Shown: positions 18,809-28,713 of the stretch, piece by piece
How positions within the stretch are numbered: position 1 is the first letter of the stretch
Layout: each line of letters opens with the position of its first letter
Translations under genes and position numbers: made by a program
Notes under the pieces: generated by a model
Told to the model about the DNA's origin: nothing
What the model saw: only the letters and a program-made list of their open reading frames with translations
The model's database searches: none
NCBI GenBank assembly: GCA_963793425.1
Contig: CAWCAG010000005.1
Location: 2,102,720-2,166,719, forward strand
Origin: an uncultured cyanobacterium
Lineage (GTDB): Bacteria; Cyanobacteriota; Cyanobacteriia; Cyanobacteriales; CAWCAG01
Length of the DNA stretch: 64,000 bases
Reading direction: 5' to 3'

Positions 18809-20448
18809 ATGACTAAATTAACACCAGATCAGCGCAACTACTATTATCTCATTGAAGCAGAACGAACTGGCATTTATAAGGCTATTTTAGCAGGACTTTA
18901 TGAGGCCCATTCTGACCCGATTCTCTCCGATGGAGAAACGGGTTTAGGTATGAAACCGGCCCAGAATATTGACCAAAGACAACTGGATACTTTGCCAGAA
19001 CAAATCCAGTATGGGGCTAATGCAATTCGGGCTTTAACTGATAATTTAATTGCTCAAGATTGGCAAGCCGGGGATTTGTGGGATTCTGAAGAAGGTCACT
19101 ATAGCAAGAGATTTATTGAGGTGGTGGCTGATGGTTATATTCCCAAAGAAAATGAACCTTTATCTGCTCGTTTGACTACCTGTGATGCCCAAAAACTCTG
19201 GCAAGCTCATCTTGAAGATAGTCAAAGGGAGTATCAACTACAAAATTTACCCCAAAATTTGGCTTATTTAGATCGAGCTTTGCTTTCTTTACTTGACCGC
19301 ATTCCTAATTACTATACAGGTTTGGCTCATCAAAGAGAAGCTTTGATCGAAGTGATTAGGATGTGGCGCAAACTTGATAGTCGCCAGGAAGTAATTGCTT
19401 CGTTAATTCCCTCAGATCGCGATGCTAGTAGCTTAAGCGATTTCGAGTTAGATATTTTTCTGCGGCAATTTCTCCAGCGTATTTCTAGTTACTATGGCGG
19501 CTATCCCCATCAAAGGGAGGCTTTGCTACGTTTAACTCAACTCTGGCGACAGCAAAGATCAAGGGAAGAGGCGATCGCCTCTTTAAAGGAAGACACTTCT
19601 CCTGATCCTGGGTTGAAGATTATTGATCCGGCTTTAATTGATTTTGTGGAACGCATTCCCAAATACTACGAAGGTAAAGGAGTGCAACGTAATGCTGTGA
19701 CGGAAGGTTTTCGCCTCTGGCAGAAACTTGATTCCCGGACAACAGCAGTAGCTGCTTTAGGTATTGATCCCGCCCTTTTGAGTAGTAGTAGTGCCGATAA
19801 AACGCAAATGATGCTTTTTGCGGCCCAGTTAGACCGGGAATTGCTGAATTTTATCCGGCGCTTACCTAAATATTACCAAGAGAAAGAATATCAAAGGGAA
19901 TCCCTGATTCGGATGGTACAACTGTGGCGAGGCATTAGAACCCGGCAACAAACTATTGCTAGCCTCACAGAGGATCTGAAACGTTTAGAAAGGGAACAGG
20001 AGGCTACAAAACCGACAATTATTATCCCCCGTCGCCCTGAGCGTTGGACAACTAAAAATATTCAGTTAGCTGCTTCTATTGTTCCTGATGGTAATTTTAG
20101 TTGGGCAGAAGCGACGAAAGGAGGGACGAGAATGCCTCCTAACCAGTCTACGGTGGATGGGATGGTACGTATCGCTAAGTTGCCCAAAAAGCGAGGGAAC
20201 GCATTGGTAGACCTTTTATTGTTACTAGTTGGTATCGTCCGCCCCATATTAATCGTGCTGTAGGTGGGGTTAGTAACAGCCGCCATATTGTTGGTGATGC
20301 TATTGATTTTGTTTGTGAAGACTTGAGCGGAAATCAACTATATTGGCTATTAGACCCTTGGTGGACTGGAGGCTTAGGACGCTACCGCCAGTTCTCCGAA
20401 TTATGTCATATTGATGGTCGTTATTACCGCGCTAGATGGCATTATTAA
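18809..20448 (+). pseudogene. peptidase M15A (D-Ala-D-Ala carboxypeptidase-like) domain protein, frameshifted near 20182
   Basis: After IAKL the alternative frame reads QKARERIGRPFIVTSWYRPPHINRAVGGVSNSRHIVGDAIDF..LCHIDGR..RARWHY*. Confidence 0.85.
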
Positions 20449-20600
20449 AACAATGACCGGAACTTAAGTAAAGTGGCTTGTATATAAATATAAATTCTCT
20501 GCTGCCACTTAAATAGCAATTAGTTCGTCTTTTCACTCGAATAGTTCCCGATTGGGAATTATAAAGAAACGTAACTCCAAATTTATAGCCTTCGGTAACG

Positions 20601-21389
20601 ATGTCTTCCCAACTATTACTAGTCCAGTCAGTATTAGCCCAAACTCCTAGTGATCCTCAAGCCAGTCCTGCTACAGAAGGGGTTGCTTCGGGGGGCAAGC
20701 TTTGGATGTACTTAGCTTTGATTTTAGCGATCGCTATTGCAGGTTTAGCTGTTTATGGTTGGCAAGAAAAGAAGAAACTAGAGAAGGCACTTAAAGTTGA
20801 AAGATATAAAACGAAGGAATTACAAAGAAGGTTGAAGCTTTCTTTGAATACTATTCGCAAAATGGAAACTAACCCCGATTTGGTACACTCGCGGGAGTTT
20901 AATTTAGATTATTTAAGAATGCGGATGGATGAAGAGGTTTTCCACTACGCTATTGTTAATCAAATTAAAATTCGTGTTAAGCAAATAATTAGTGTTGCTT
21001 TGCGCCCCAATACTGCGGCTAATACTACTGTGGGGATTGCTAATAGTAGTGGGCGACAAATTGATGAAACTTTTGATATTGTTTACAACACTCAAACCAG
21101 GGCCGGTAAGCGAATTAAGGCAGTTCTTTTTCGTATTGAAGTTAAGTTGATTAAGCTTCCTACTCAATCTACTTCTAGTACGATTAATCAAATTATTGAG
21201 TGTATTGAAACTTTTTTGAATCCTGATGAAGATGAGGATAATTGGCAAGCAAAAATTCAAGGTCGTATTGTGACAATGAGCTGGGATCAAAAAGCTAAGC
21301 CAACTCCTTTGTTAGTTTTAGAACAATCTCCTGAAGGAGAAAATGTGACTTTCCGCAGTAAGCGGATGGTGAATAAGAAAAAAAGATAA
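20601..21389 (+). CDS. membrane-anchored hypothetical protein
   Basis: One TM helix followed by a coiled coil; 262-aa ORF. Confidence 0.7.
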   Translation: MSSQLLLVQSVLAQTPSDPQASPATEGVASGGKLWMYLALILAIAIAGLAVYGWQEKKKLEKALKVERYKTKELQRRLKLSLNTIRKMETNPDLVHSREFNLDYLRMRMDEEVFHYAIVNQIKIRVKQIISVALRPNTAANTTVGIANSSGRQIDETFDIVYNTQTRAGKRIKAVLFRIEVKLIKLPTQSTSSTINQIIECIETFLNPDEDEDNWQAKIQGRIVTMSWDQKAKPTPLLVLEQSPEGENVTFRSKRMVNKKKR

Positions 21390-21407
21390 CAGAGGTTGTC
21401 AATTCCT

Positions 21408-22041
21408 TCAATCTTTTTTGCCTCGCAGCCATTGGCGAAATTCCCTGATTAAAGCATTTTCTCCTATTTCTCCTCGTTTTTTCAGAAACCTTAAGATATC
21501 TAAATTCTGACAAAAGTGGTAAGACCTGAGAACGTTTCTGTTGCTGATAACTTCCCTGCTGTAAAACATAAATTAACAACTGAGAGCCATTAAATCGCCA
21601 CACTTCCCTTACTCCAAGGATGGCATAAATGCTGAGACGGTCTAAGGAACTGCTGGTGACATCAATTTCAATGGCTAAATCCGGCGCTGGATCAATATTC
21701 AGGTCAAAATCTAACTTTCCCCGTATCGCCGCTTCATTGGTAATATAATAGCATTCATGCGGTTCAATACCACGTTGCAAATCTTCCCGACTCCAGGTGG
21801 TTGAACCCAAACTATAAATCTCTAATCCTAATATTTCCGTTGTTGTTTCCACGATGCGCCCCAGAAATCGCTTGTTTACCTCGTGTTCAGGTAAAGGGGT
21901 CATAATTTCTAACAATCCTTGATTGTAGGTTAGTTTTTTACTAGGATTTTCTCCTAAATCTAAAGCTAAAGCTTGATAGGTTTCCCAACGTACTCCGGTT
22001 AATAAAGTGTAAGTTTCCTTTTGGGGTAAAGTTTGAATCAT
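21408..22041 (-). pseudogene. Uma2 family endonuclease, frameshift near 21505
   Basis: GLLEIMTPLPEHE and PDLAIEIDVTS motifs; the normal tail LDILRFLKKRGEIGENALIREFRQWL is in another frame; EPD motif changed to EPH. Confidence 0.8.
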
Positions 22042-22043
22042 GA

Positions 22044-22673
22044 TCAGGCAATATTGGTTTTGATGAAGTTAACTATTTGTTGGTTAATTTGCTTTTGCTC
22101 TTTGGTTCCATCTATTTGTAAAATAGCTTTTGAATATTGGTTAAAGATGCGTTGATAGTTGGCTTTTACTTTAGTTAGTTTTTCTTTGTTTTCATAAATA
22201 TCTTTTAGAGAACGTTCTTTTAATCTTTCTAAAGAAACTTCAATAGGTATATCTAGATAAATAACTAAATCAGGGTCGGGAAACTTGTTATTTAATTGTT
22301 TAATAAAGGCAAAATCTTCCGTTGTATCGCCATTATAAGCTAAGGAAGAGAAATAATATCTTGTGGTTATAACCTGGAAACCTTGGTTAATTAGTTTAAA
22401 TACGCCGTCGAATTGATTATATAAATGGTCGTGGCGATCAGCAGCACATAAATAAGCTATTTGCTCATTAAATTTTTGGCTATCGTCTGTGAATAAAATT
22501 CTTTTCTTTAAGGTTTCTCTGATTATTTTACCAATAATCCCTTCAGAAGGTTCAGGACTGAGAACAGCTTTTTGTTCTTGACTGAGAAAATAATTTTTTA
22601 GTAATTCCGCTTGGGTAGAAGAACCAGAACCATCTATACCTTCAAAAACTATGAATAAGCCTTTTTGTCTCAT
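22044..22673 (-). CDS. tmk: thymidylate kinase
   Basis: FIVFEGIDGSGSST P-loop, AADR, RYYFSSLAY, PDPDLVIYLD. Confidence 0.9.
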   Translation of the reverse strand: MRQKGLFIVFEGIDGSGSSTQAELLKNYFLSQEQKAVLSPEPSEGIIGKIIRETLKKRILFTDDSQKFNEQIAYLCAADRHDHLYNQFDGVFKLINQGFQVITTRYYFSSLAYNGDTTEDFAFIKQLNNKFPDPDLVIYLDIPIEVSLERLKERSLKDIYENKEKLTKVKANYQRIFNQYSKAILQIDGTKEQKQINQQIVNFIKTNIA

Positions 22674-22712
22674 TGATTAAGTTATTTTTATTGCTAATTA
22701 GATCAGTACTTT

Positions 22713-23573
22713 TCATTTAAGAGAGCGTCTGATAAACTCTGTTGCAATACCTTGGCTGGGGCTAAAGAAGAAGGCTAGTAGAAAGCCTGTAAAGATGACC
22801 ATGACAATAGCTGGGCCAGAGGGTAAATCTTGTACATAATAACTCAGATACATTCCTGTAGTGCTTGCTATTATGCCAATCACAGAACCTAGAATCATCA
22901 TTTGATGTAGTTCTTTAACTAATAAGTAAGCAGTAATAGCAGGGCCAACTAATAAAGACATTACCAACAAAGCACCAACGATTTGCATACTAGCGACAAT
23001 AGTTAAGGTAATAGCGCAAATTAAGCCAAAATAAAGTATGTTTACCGGTAAACCACCAGCTTGCGCTCCCAAAGGATCAAAGGTGTAAAATTGCAATTCT
23101 TTATAAAAAAGTTTGGTAACAATTAAGATTGCTAAAGTGATACTAACGGTTCGCCAAACATCTAAACTAGTTACTCCTAAGATATCACCAAAAAGCAAAT
23201 CATCTAAGTCAACTTGATTGGTTTTTAAGACACTAATTAAAATAATCCCTAACCCTAAAAAGCTGGTTAAGGTTAAAGCTAAAGCCGCATCAACTTTAAC
23301 CCGCGATCGCGTCTTTATTCCGGCTACGAGCAAAGCACTAAGTACTCCAGCAATAAATGCGCCGATACCAAGATTAATTCGCAGAAAAAAAGCAATAGAA
23401 ATACCAGGAACTACTGCGTGGGAAATTGCGCCTCCTATCATACACATTTGTTGGACTATTAAGTAGCTCCCCACCACAGCACACATAACACTAAGGAAGA
23501 TGCCAATAATAATGGCATGACGCATAAATTCAAACTCCAGAAGAGGAGCAATTAACCAATTTTCATTTAACAT
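22713..23573 (-). CDS. Zn/Mn ABC transporter permease
   Basis: AISHAVVPG, LLFGDILGV, VGALLV, PSGPAIV motifs. Confidence 0.92.
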   Translation of the reverse strand: MLNENWLIAPLLEFEFMRHAIIIGIFLSVMCAVVGSYLIVQQMCMIGGAISHAVVPGISIAFFLRINLGIGAFIAGVLSALLVAGIKTRSRVKVDAALALTLTSFLGLGIILISVLKTNQVDLDDLLFGDILGVTSLDVWRTVSITLAILIVTKLFYKELQFYTFDPLGAQAGGLPVNILYFGLICAITLTIVASMQIVGALLVMSLLVGPAITAYLLVKELHQMMILGSVIGIIASTTGMYLSYYVQDLPSGPAIVMVIFTGFLLAFFFSPSQGIATEFIRRSLK

Positions 23574-23594
23574 TTATCAAATATTATCTAACCA

Positions 23595-24314
23595 TTAGCT
23601 ATTAGCGAGTAACAAAGTTTTACCGTAAGCTTTTCTAAGATTCTCTGGGGCAATAACCTCTGTTTTTGAACCTGTGGCGATAAGATGTTTATTTAATAAA
23701 ATCAAGTTGTCATAATGGTCTAAACTATTACCTAAATCGTGATTAATCACTAACAAAGTTTTGTTTTGCGCTTTGAGTTCAGCAAAAACAGCAAAAATAA
23801 CTTCTTCCGTCTTTTTATCAATACCCGCAAACGGCTCATCAAAAAACAGCAAATCTGCTTGTTGTGCGATCGCCCTAGCTAAAAATACCCGTTGTTGTTG
23901 CCCACCAGATAATTCACGAATTTGATGTTGGTGATACTGCCACATTCCTACTCGTTTTAAGGCATCTTTAACAATTTCCCTGGATTCATAGTTCGGGGAT
24001 CTTAACCAACCAGCAGCGCGAATGCGGCCCATCATCGCAACATTTTCTACTTTAATCGGATAATCCCAATCAATTTGATTGCGTTGGGGTACATAAGCCA
24101 CCCGGCGCAACTGCTGCTTTAAAGGGCGAGAACAAAATCTGACTTGCCCACGGGTTATAGGAATTAATCCTAATATAGCTTTGACGATGGTACTTTTCCC
24201 TGCACCATTAGGCCCTAGCAGCCCGGTTACTTGTCCCTGTTTCAAACAAAAACTAATTCCTTCAACGGCTAAAGTATCCCGATAATTAACTACTAAGTTA
24301 AGGACTTCCAGCAT
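23595..24314 (-). CDS. Zn/Mn ABC transporter ATP-binding protein
   Basis: GPNGAGKST, AYVPQRNQIDWDYP, LSGGQQQRVFLARA. Confidence 0.92.
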   Translation of the reverse strand: MLEVLNLVVNYRDTLAVEGISFCLKQGQVTGLLGPNGAGKSTIVKAILGLIPITRGQVRFCSRPLKQQLRRVAYVPQRNQIDWDYPIKVENVAMMGRIRAAGWLRSPNYESREIVKDALKRVGMWQYHQHQIRELSGGQQQRVFLARAIAQQADLLFFDEPFAGIDKKTEEVIFAVFAELKAQNKTLLVINHDLGNSLDHYDNLILLNKHLIATGSKTEVIAPENLRKAYGKTLLLANS

Positions 24315-24327
24315 AAATTAAGGGTAT

Positions 24328-24350
24328 ATGAGAATGAGTATGATTCTCAT
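24328..24350. promoter_or_regulatory. Zur/Fur-family operator-like palindrome
   Basis: ATGAGAATGAGTATGATTCTCAT contains TGAGTAT-G-ATTCTCA, close to the 7-1-7 TGATAATnATTATCA box; sits just upstream of the metal ABC genes. Confidence 0.6.
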
Positions 24351-24474
24351 GATAGTATTTTATTTAGGGAGATAGGAAGTAAGGAAGTTGAATGAAGATA
24401 CTATTATCTACTTTGTAGCTAAACCTTTAAAATAAGAAGAAATACCTTACTGATATCCAGGTACAAAAATTCCT

Positions 24475-25494
24475 ATGACTCCTGCTGTTCTAATTGAAAA
24501 TTTACAAAAGAGTTACGGCTCCGTCAAAGCAGTTGAGGATGTATCCTTTAAAATAGAACCAGGTGAAATTTTTGGCTTGCTTGGACCGAATGGAGCAGGT
24601 AAAACCACCACTATTCGCTGCTTATGTACTCTGTCAAAGCCCGATGGAGGAAAGCTAGAAGTCTGTGGCATTTCTGCTGTAGATCAGCCTAAAATTGCGA
24701 GAAGAAGGTTGGGTTATGTTGCTCAAGAAGTGGCTTTAGATAAAGTTCTCACAGGTAGAGAGTTGCTGCAACTACAAGCAGCTTTATACCATTTGCCAAA
24801 AGCCGCAGCAAAAGAAAGAGTCAACCAGTTAATCGAAATTTTAGGCTTGCAAGATTATGCAAATCAAAAGACGGGAACTTATTCTGGAGGGTTACGTAAG
24901 CGTTTAGATTTAGCGGCGGGGTTACTACATCAACCGGATGTCTTAGTATTGGATGAACCAACGGTTGGTTTAGATATTGAAAGTCGTTTTGTAGTTTGGG
25001 AATTTTTGCGCCAGTTAAAGGCAGCGGGGACAACGGTACTAATTACCAGTCATTATTTAGAAGAAGTAGATGCCCTTGCTGATCGTTTAGCTATTATTGA
25101 TCAAGGTTCAGTTATTGCTGAAGGAACACCTTCTCAACTTAAAGATAGAGTAGGGGGCGATCGCGTTACTTTACGCATCCGAGAATTCGCTTCTAGTCAA
25201 GAAGCAGACAAAGCGAAAGATGTTTTAGGGGTTTTACCTTTTGTCGAAGAAGTAATTATTAATCAGGCACAAGGTAACTCATTAAATTTAGTTGTCAAAC
25301 CTCAAAGCAATCCTTTAAGTAAAATTGAACAAACCCTCAAAGATATAAGTTTACCTACTTTCAGCCTCGCCCAATCTCGCCCTAGTTTAGATGATGTTTA
25401 TTTAGCAGCAACAGGAAAAACTCTCATGGATGCCGAATTAGCTGCTGCGGGCAGTCGTGATCTCAAAAAAGAGAAAAAACAACAAATGAAGTAA
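24475..25494 (+). CDS. ABC-2 type exporter ATP-binding protein (DrrA-like)
   Basis: GPNGAGKTT, YSGGLRKRLDLA, LDEPTVGLD. Confidence 0.92.
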   Translation: MTPAVLIENLQKSYGSVKAVEDVSFKIEPGEIFGLLGPNGAGKTTTIRCLCTLSKPDGGKLEVCGISAVDQPKIARRRLGYVAQEVALDKVLTGRELLQLQAALYHLPKAAAKERVNQLIEILGLQDYANQKTGTYSGGLRKRLDLAAGLLHQPDVLVLDEPTVGLDIESRFVVWEFLRQLKAAGTTVLITSHYLEEVDALADRLAIIDQGSVIAEGTPSQLKDRVGGDRVTLRIREFASSQEADKAKDVLGVLPFVEEVIINQAQGNSLNLVVKPQSNPLSKIEQTLKDISLPTFSLAQSRPSLDDVYLAATGKTLMDAELAAAGSRDLKKEKKQQMK

Positions 25495-25513
25495 TCATTA
25501 GATAATTAAAAAA

Positions 25514-26407
25514 ATGAGTCAAACTATCACCCCTTCAAAAATCAACAACTCAAACCCAATTTCTGTACTACAACCAAAAACCGATGATAGTGGTAGTGCC
25601 TTGGGAGAATTTGTTCAAGAAACCTTAGCTTTAACCAAACGCCTATTCATTCAACTGCAACGCCGCCCTTCAACTTTAATGGCGGGAGTGATTCAACCTT
25701 TAATGTGGTTACTTTTATTCGGGGCATTATTCCAAGGAGCGCCTCAAGGACTGTTTGGTGATAATCTCAATTATGGTACTTTCCTCGCCCCTGGAGTAAT
25801 TGTTTTTACTGCCTTTTCCGGGGCATTAAATGCAGGGTTGCCCGTAATGTTTGATCGGGAATTTGGCTTTCTTAATCGCTTACTTGTCGCCCCGTTATCT
25901 TCCCGCTACTCCATTGTGGCAGCTTCAACAATTTATATAATTGTCCTCAGTTTAATTCAAACCACGGCTATTTTAGTTGCTAGCGCCTTAATCGGAGCAG
26001 GTTTACCTAACTTTGCTGGTTTAGTTGCGATCGCCTTTATTGTTTTCCTTCTCACCTTGGGGGTAACCGCTTTAAGTTTAGGTCTAGCTTTTGCGTTACC
26101 GGGGCATATTGAACTCATTGCCGTTATTTTTGTCACTAACTTGCCCTTACTTTTCGCGAGTACGGCTTTAGCACCTTTATCCTTTATGGCAGGTTGGTTA
26201 AAGATTATTGCTTCTCTCAACCCTCTTACCTACGCCATTGAACCAATCCGCTATCTTTATTTACATAGCAATTGGAACTTAGGTAGCGTAGTGATGGAAA
26301 CTCCTTGGTTAGCCGTTACTTTTGGGGGGGCAATTCTGGTTTTGCTAGCTTTTGATACTTTGATTTTGGCAGCAATTCAACCTTTACTAAAGCGTCGGTT
26401 TGCTTGA
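25514..26407 (+). CDS. ABC-2 type exporter permease
   Basis: FDREFGFLNRLLVAP, NPLTYAIEPIR, multiple TM helices. Confidence 0.9.
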   Translation: MSQTITPSKINNSNPISVLQPKTDDSGSALGEFVQETLALTKRLFIQLQRRPSTLMAGVIQPLMWLLLFGALFQGAPQGLFGDNLNYGTFLAPGVIVFTAFSGALNAGLPVMFDREFGFLNRLLVAPLSSRYSIVAASTIYIIVLSLIQTTAILVASALIGAGLPNFAGLVAIAFIVFLLTLGVTALSLGLAFALPGHIELIAVIFVTNLPLLFASTALAPLSFMAGWLKIIASLNPLTYAIEPIRYLYLHSNWNLGSVVMETPWLAVTFGGAILVLLAFDTLILAAIQPLLKRRFA

Positions 26408-26444
26408 TTGATTTTTCACTAATCTGTGGAAGCAAGAACTTTAC

Positions 26445-26759
26445 GTGGAGGAAAATTTGATGCCTAATCAAGCAACTAAAGTAGTGAAACTTGAACTACA
26501 GCGTGGAGGAGAAGCTGGGTTTAAGATGAAAACTGAAGTAATGGATTATTTTGGCATTCCCGAAGATACATCTTGTGCAAAGGTGATGCAATATGGACGG
26601 GGAAAAGCATATCAGATTCCCACTAAACTCAAAGACAAAAATGATAATATTAGGTGGAGAACTGTTCGATTTCCCCATGATATAGTCATTTTAAATAAGG
26701 ATGAAACACTTTTTCGTTCAAACGCTCCTTCAAGGAGAGGAAATCTTGTCTCAATCTAA
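26445..26759 (+). CDS. hypothetical protein
   Basis: ORF only; no motif recognised. Confidence 0.4.
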   Translation: MEENLMPNQATKVVKLELQRGGEAGFKMKTEVMDYFGIPEDTSCAKVMQYGRGKAYQIPTKLKDKNDNIRWRTVRFPHDIVILNKDETLFRSNAPSRRGNLVSI

Positions 26760-27142
26760 ATTGAAATGACTATACTACTGTCTACGATGCAATAATGTTC
26801 TTCAAGGAAAAGGCAACTCAAAATAAACCAGATTGTCTGAAAACTCCAGATGGAGTAACTCACCCTGTATAGAGCAAAAGTCTAACCCACGCATTTGCTT
26901 AATTAGTTGCTGATTAGTTGGAACGGGTTTTTGTTAAGATTTTGGCTAACTCTTGATTCAAAAGAACTCGTTTTTACTAGTTGAAAATTGCCGATCAATT
27001 AAGTCAGTTTTAAGATCAAGCCCATTTTATTACGGCAACCCTAAAGCCTAATCTTCCGTCTTAAACATTAACTGTCTATAGAAAGTCGTATTTAGTACAA
27101 GCATTTTTTTTGCTGTAGGCTAAACTGATAACTAAAATTACT

Positions 27143-27493
27143 ATGGAAACAAGGATGAAAAAAACTACTAATAACTTAGGGAAACTATTATTTAGCCTTA
27201 GTGCAGCATTCATTTTAGGAGCGATCGCCCAACAAGCCTCTTTTGCCCAAACCACAAATCCTGGTGAAGAAGATCCCTTCCCTTCCAATGAACAAGATTC
27301 CATTTTTGGGGGAGAAAATTTTAATCCTTTTGATTTAATCCATAACTCCAATCTACGCAGTGGCACTACCGGAGAAGAGTTTCGCAAAAATGCCAATGAA
27401 GAAATTGATGATGCGGCTGAAGAATTCAGACGCTTACAAAAAGAGAGACTTCAACAAAGCCTAGAACAATCTTCTCCGGCAGTAAGTGAGTAA
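27143..27493 (+). CDS. secreted hypothetical protein
   Basis: Signal peptide ending ASFAQ; FNPFDLIH motif. Confidence 0.7.
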   Translation: METRMKKTTNNLGKLLFSLSAAFILGAIAQQASFAQTTNPGEEDPFPSNEQDSIFGGENFNPFDLIHNSNLRSGTTGEEFRKNANEEIDDAAEEFRRLQKERLQQSLEQSSPAVSE

Positions 27494-27522
27494 AAGAAAA
27501 GGCAACGGGATAACAATGCAAA

Positions 27523-27600
27523 GTAATAAGTAATAAGTAATAAGTAATAAGTAATAAGTTGGACATAAACACTATTACCCATTACCCATTACCCATTACC
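27523..27600. repeat. STRR heptamer arrays (GTAATAA)x5 and (TTACCCA)x3-4
   Basis: Directly visible between convergent genes. Confidence 0.85.
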
Positions 27601-27611
27601 TTCGGTGATAG

Positions 27612-28046
27612 TTAACTATTCAGAGCTAAAATATCCTCAGCGTGGCTACTGGTATTCACCTTAGTATCAACATGGCTAATTTTGCCTTGAGGATCAATAA
27701 CATAGGTAACTCGCTTAGCATAACCACCGCCTTCAACATCATAGGCTTTAGTAATTGCCCCATCGGTATCTACTAAAAGTTGAAAAGGCAAGCCATACTT
27801 TTCCTTAAACTTTTTATGGGAAGCTTCATCATCCATACTTACCCCTAAGACGACCATATCCTTCCCTTCATAGTCGCTATACTTATCTCGGAAACCTTGA
27901 GCTTCTTTAGTGCAACCAGGAGTATCATCTTTAGGATAAAAATACATGACGACAACTTTTCCCTGGAAATCAGTTAAAGAAACAGTTTTACCTTGATCAT
28001 CTGTAGTCGTGAAATTTGGTGCATCATTGCCGACTGCTAAAGCCAT
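27612..28046 (-). CDS. peroxiredoxin Q / BCP-type peroxiredoxin
   Basis: YFYPKDDTPGCTKEA motif. Confidence 0.92.
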   Translation of the reverse strand: MALAVGNDAPNFTTTDDQGKTVSLTDFQGKVVVMYFYPKDDTPGCTKEAQGFRDKYSDYEGKDMVVLGVSMDDEASHKKFKEKYGLPFQLLVDTDGAITKAYDVEGGGYAKRVTYVIDPQGKISHVDTKVNTSSHAEDILALNS

Positions 28047-28161
28047 GAACTTTTCCCCAATGTAATACTAGTATTTTTGTTAATAAATTTTACAGTAGTT
28101 CGTCGCTATTCCTAAACTAGATAGTTGAGTCTTCCATCAAACCAAAGACAAAAAAAACTTA

Positions 28162-28572
28162 ATGACTTCAACTCCCACCCAGGTCAAAACAGCAATTCAA
28201 TATTCCCCTAGTACTATCAAAAGGGCAGAAAAGGCTCTCTGCTGTTCTCCATTCCATCTCGCTTTATTCGCTACTATGGCTAAAACCAGTGTACCCATAA
28301 GCGCGATCGCCTCTCACCAGGGCTACCAAGCAAGCTATACAAAAAAAATCCTCTCAGAAAGCACTGCCCAAAGCAATTTAGCTTGGTTAATCCAAGTGGG
28401 TTTGCTACGGCGAGAAGTTGATGGGCAGGGAATTACTGATAGCTTTCGCTTAACACCTCTAGGCAGACAACTAGTAGCAAAATGGGAAAATCTCGGCGGT
28501 TCTTGGCCGGAGCCTTCTTGGTTAGATCGTATCATTAATGCTATTAGTCGTTGGGTGCGTCTACCAATTTAA
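28162..28572 (+). CDS. conserved cyanobacterial protein (Npun_F0494-like)
   Basis: WLIQVGLLRREVDGQGITDSFRLTPLG. Confidence 0.75.
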   Translation: MTSTPTQVKTAIQYSPSTIKRAEKALCCSPFHLALFATMAKTSVPISAIASHQGYQASYTKKILSESTAQSNLAWLIQVGLLRREVDGQGITDSFRLTPLGRQLVAKWENLGGSWPEPSWLDRIINAISRWVRLPI

Positions 28573-28713
28573 GAGCTTAATTACTTGTTAAGGGTAACCT
28601 TAAAAAACAAATATCCCTAAATTTGAAATTAACAAAACGGGTTGTTCCTGACACAGTATCTAAACTTAAGCATGATTCTTTGTGGAAATCTCTAACTACT
28701 GAATACCTGATTT

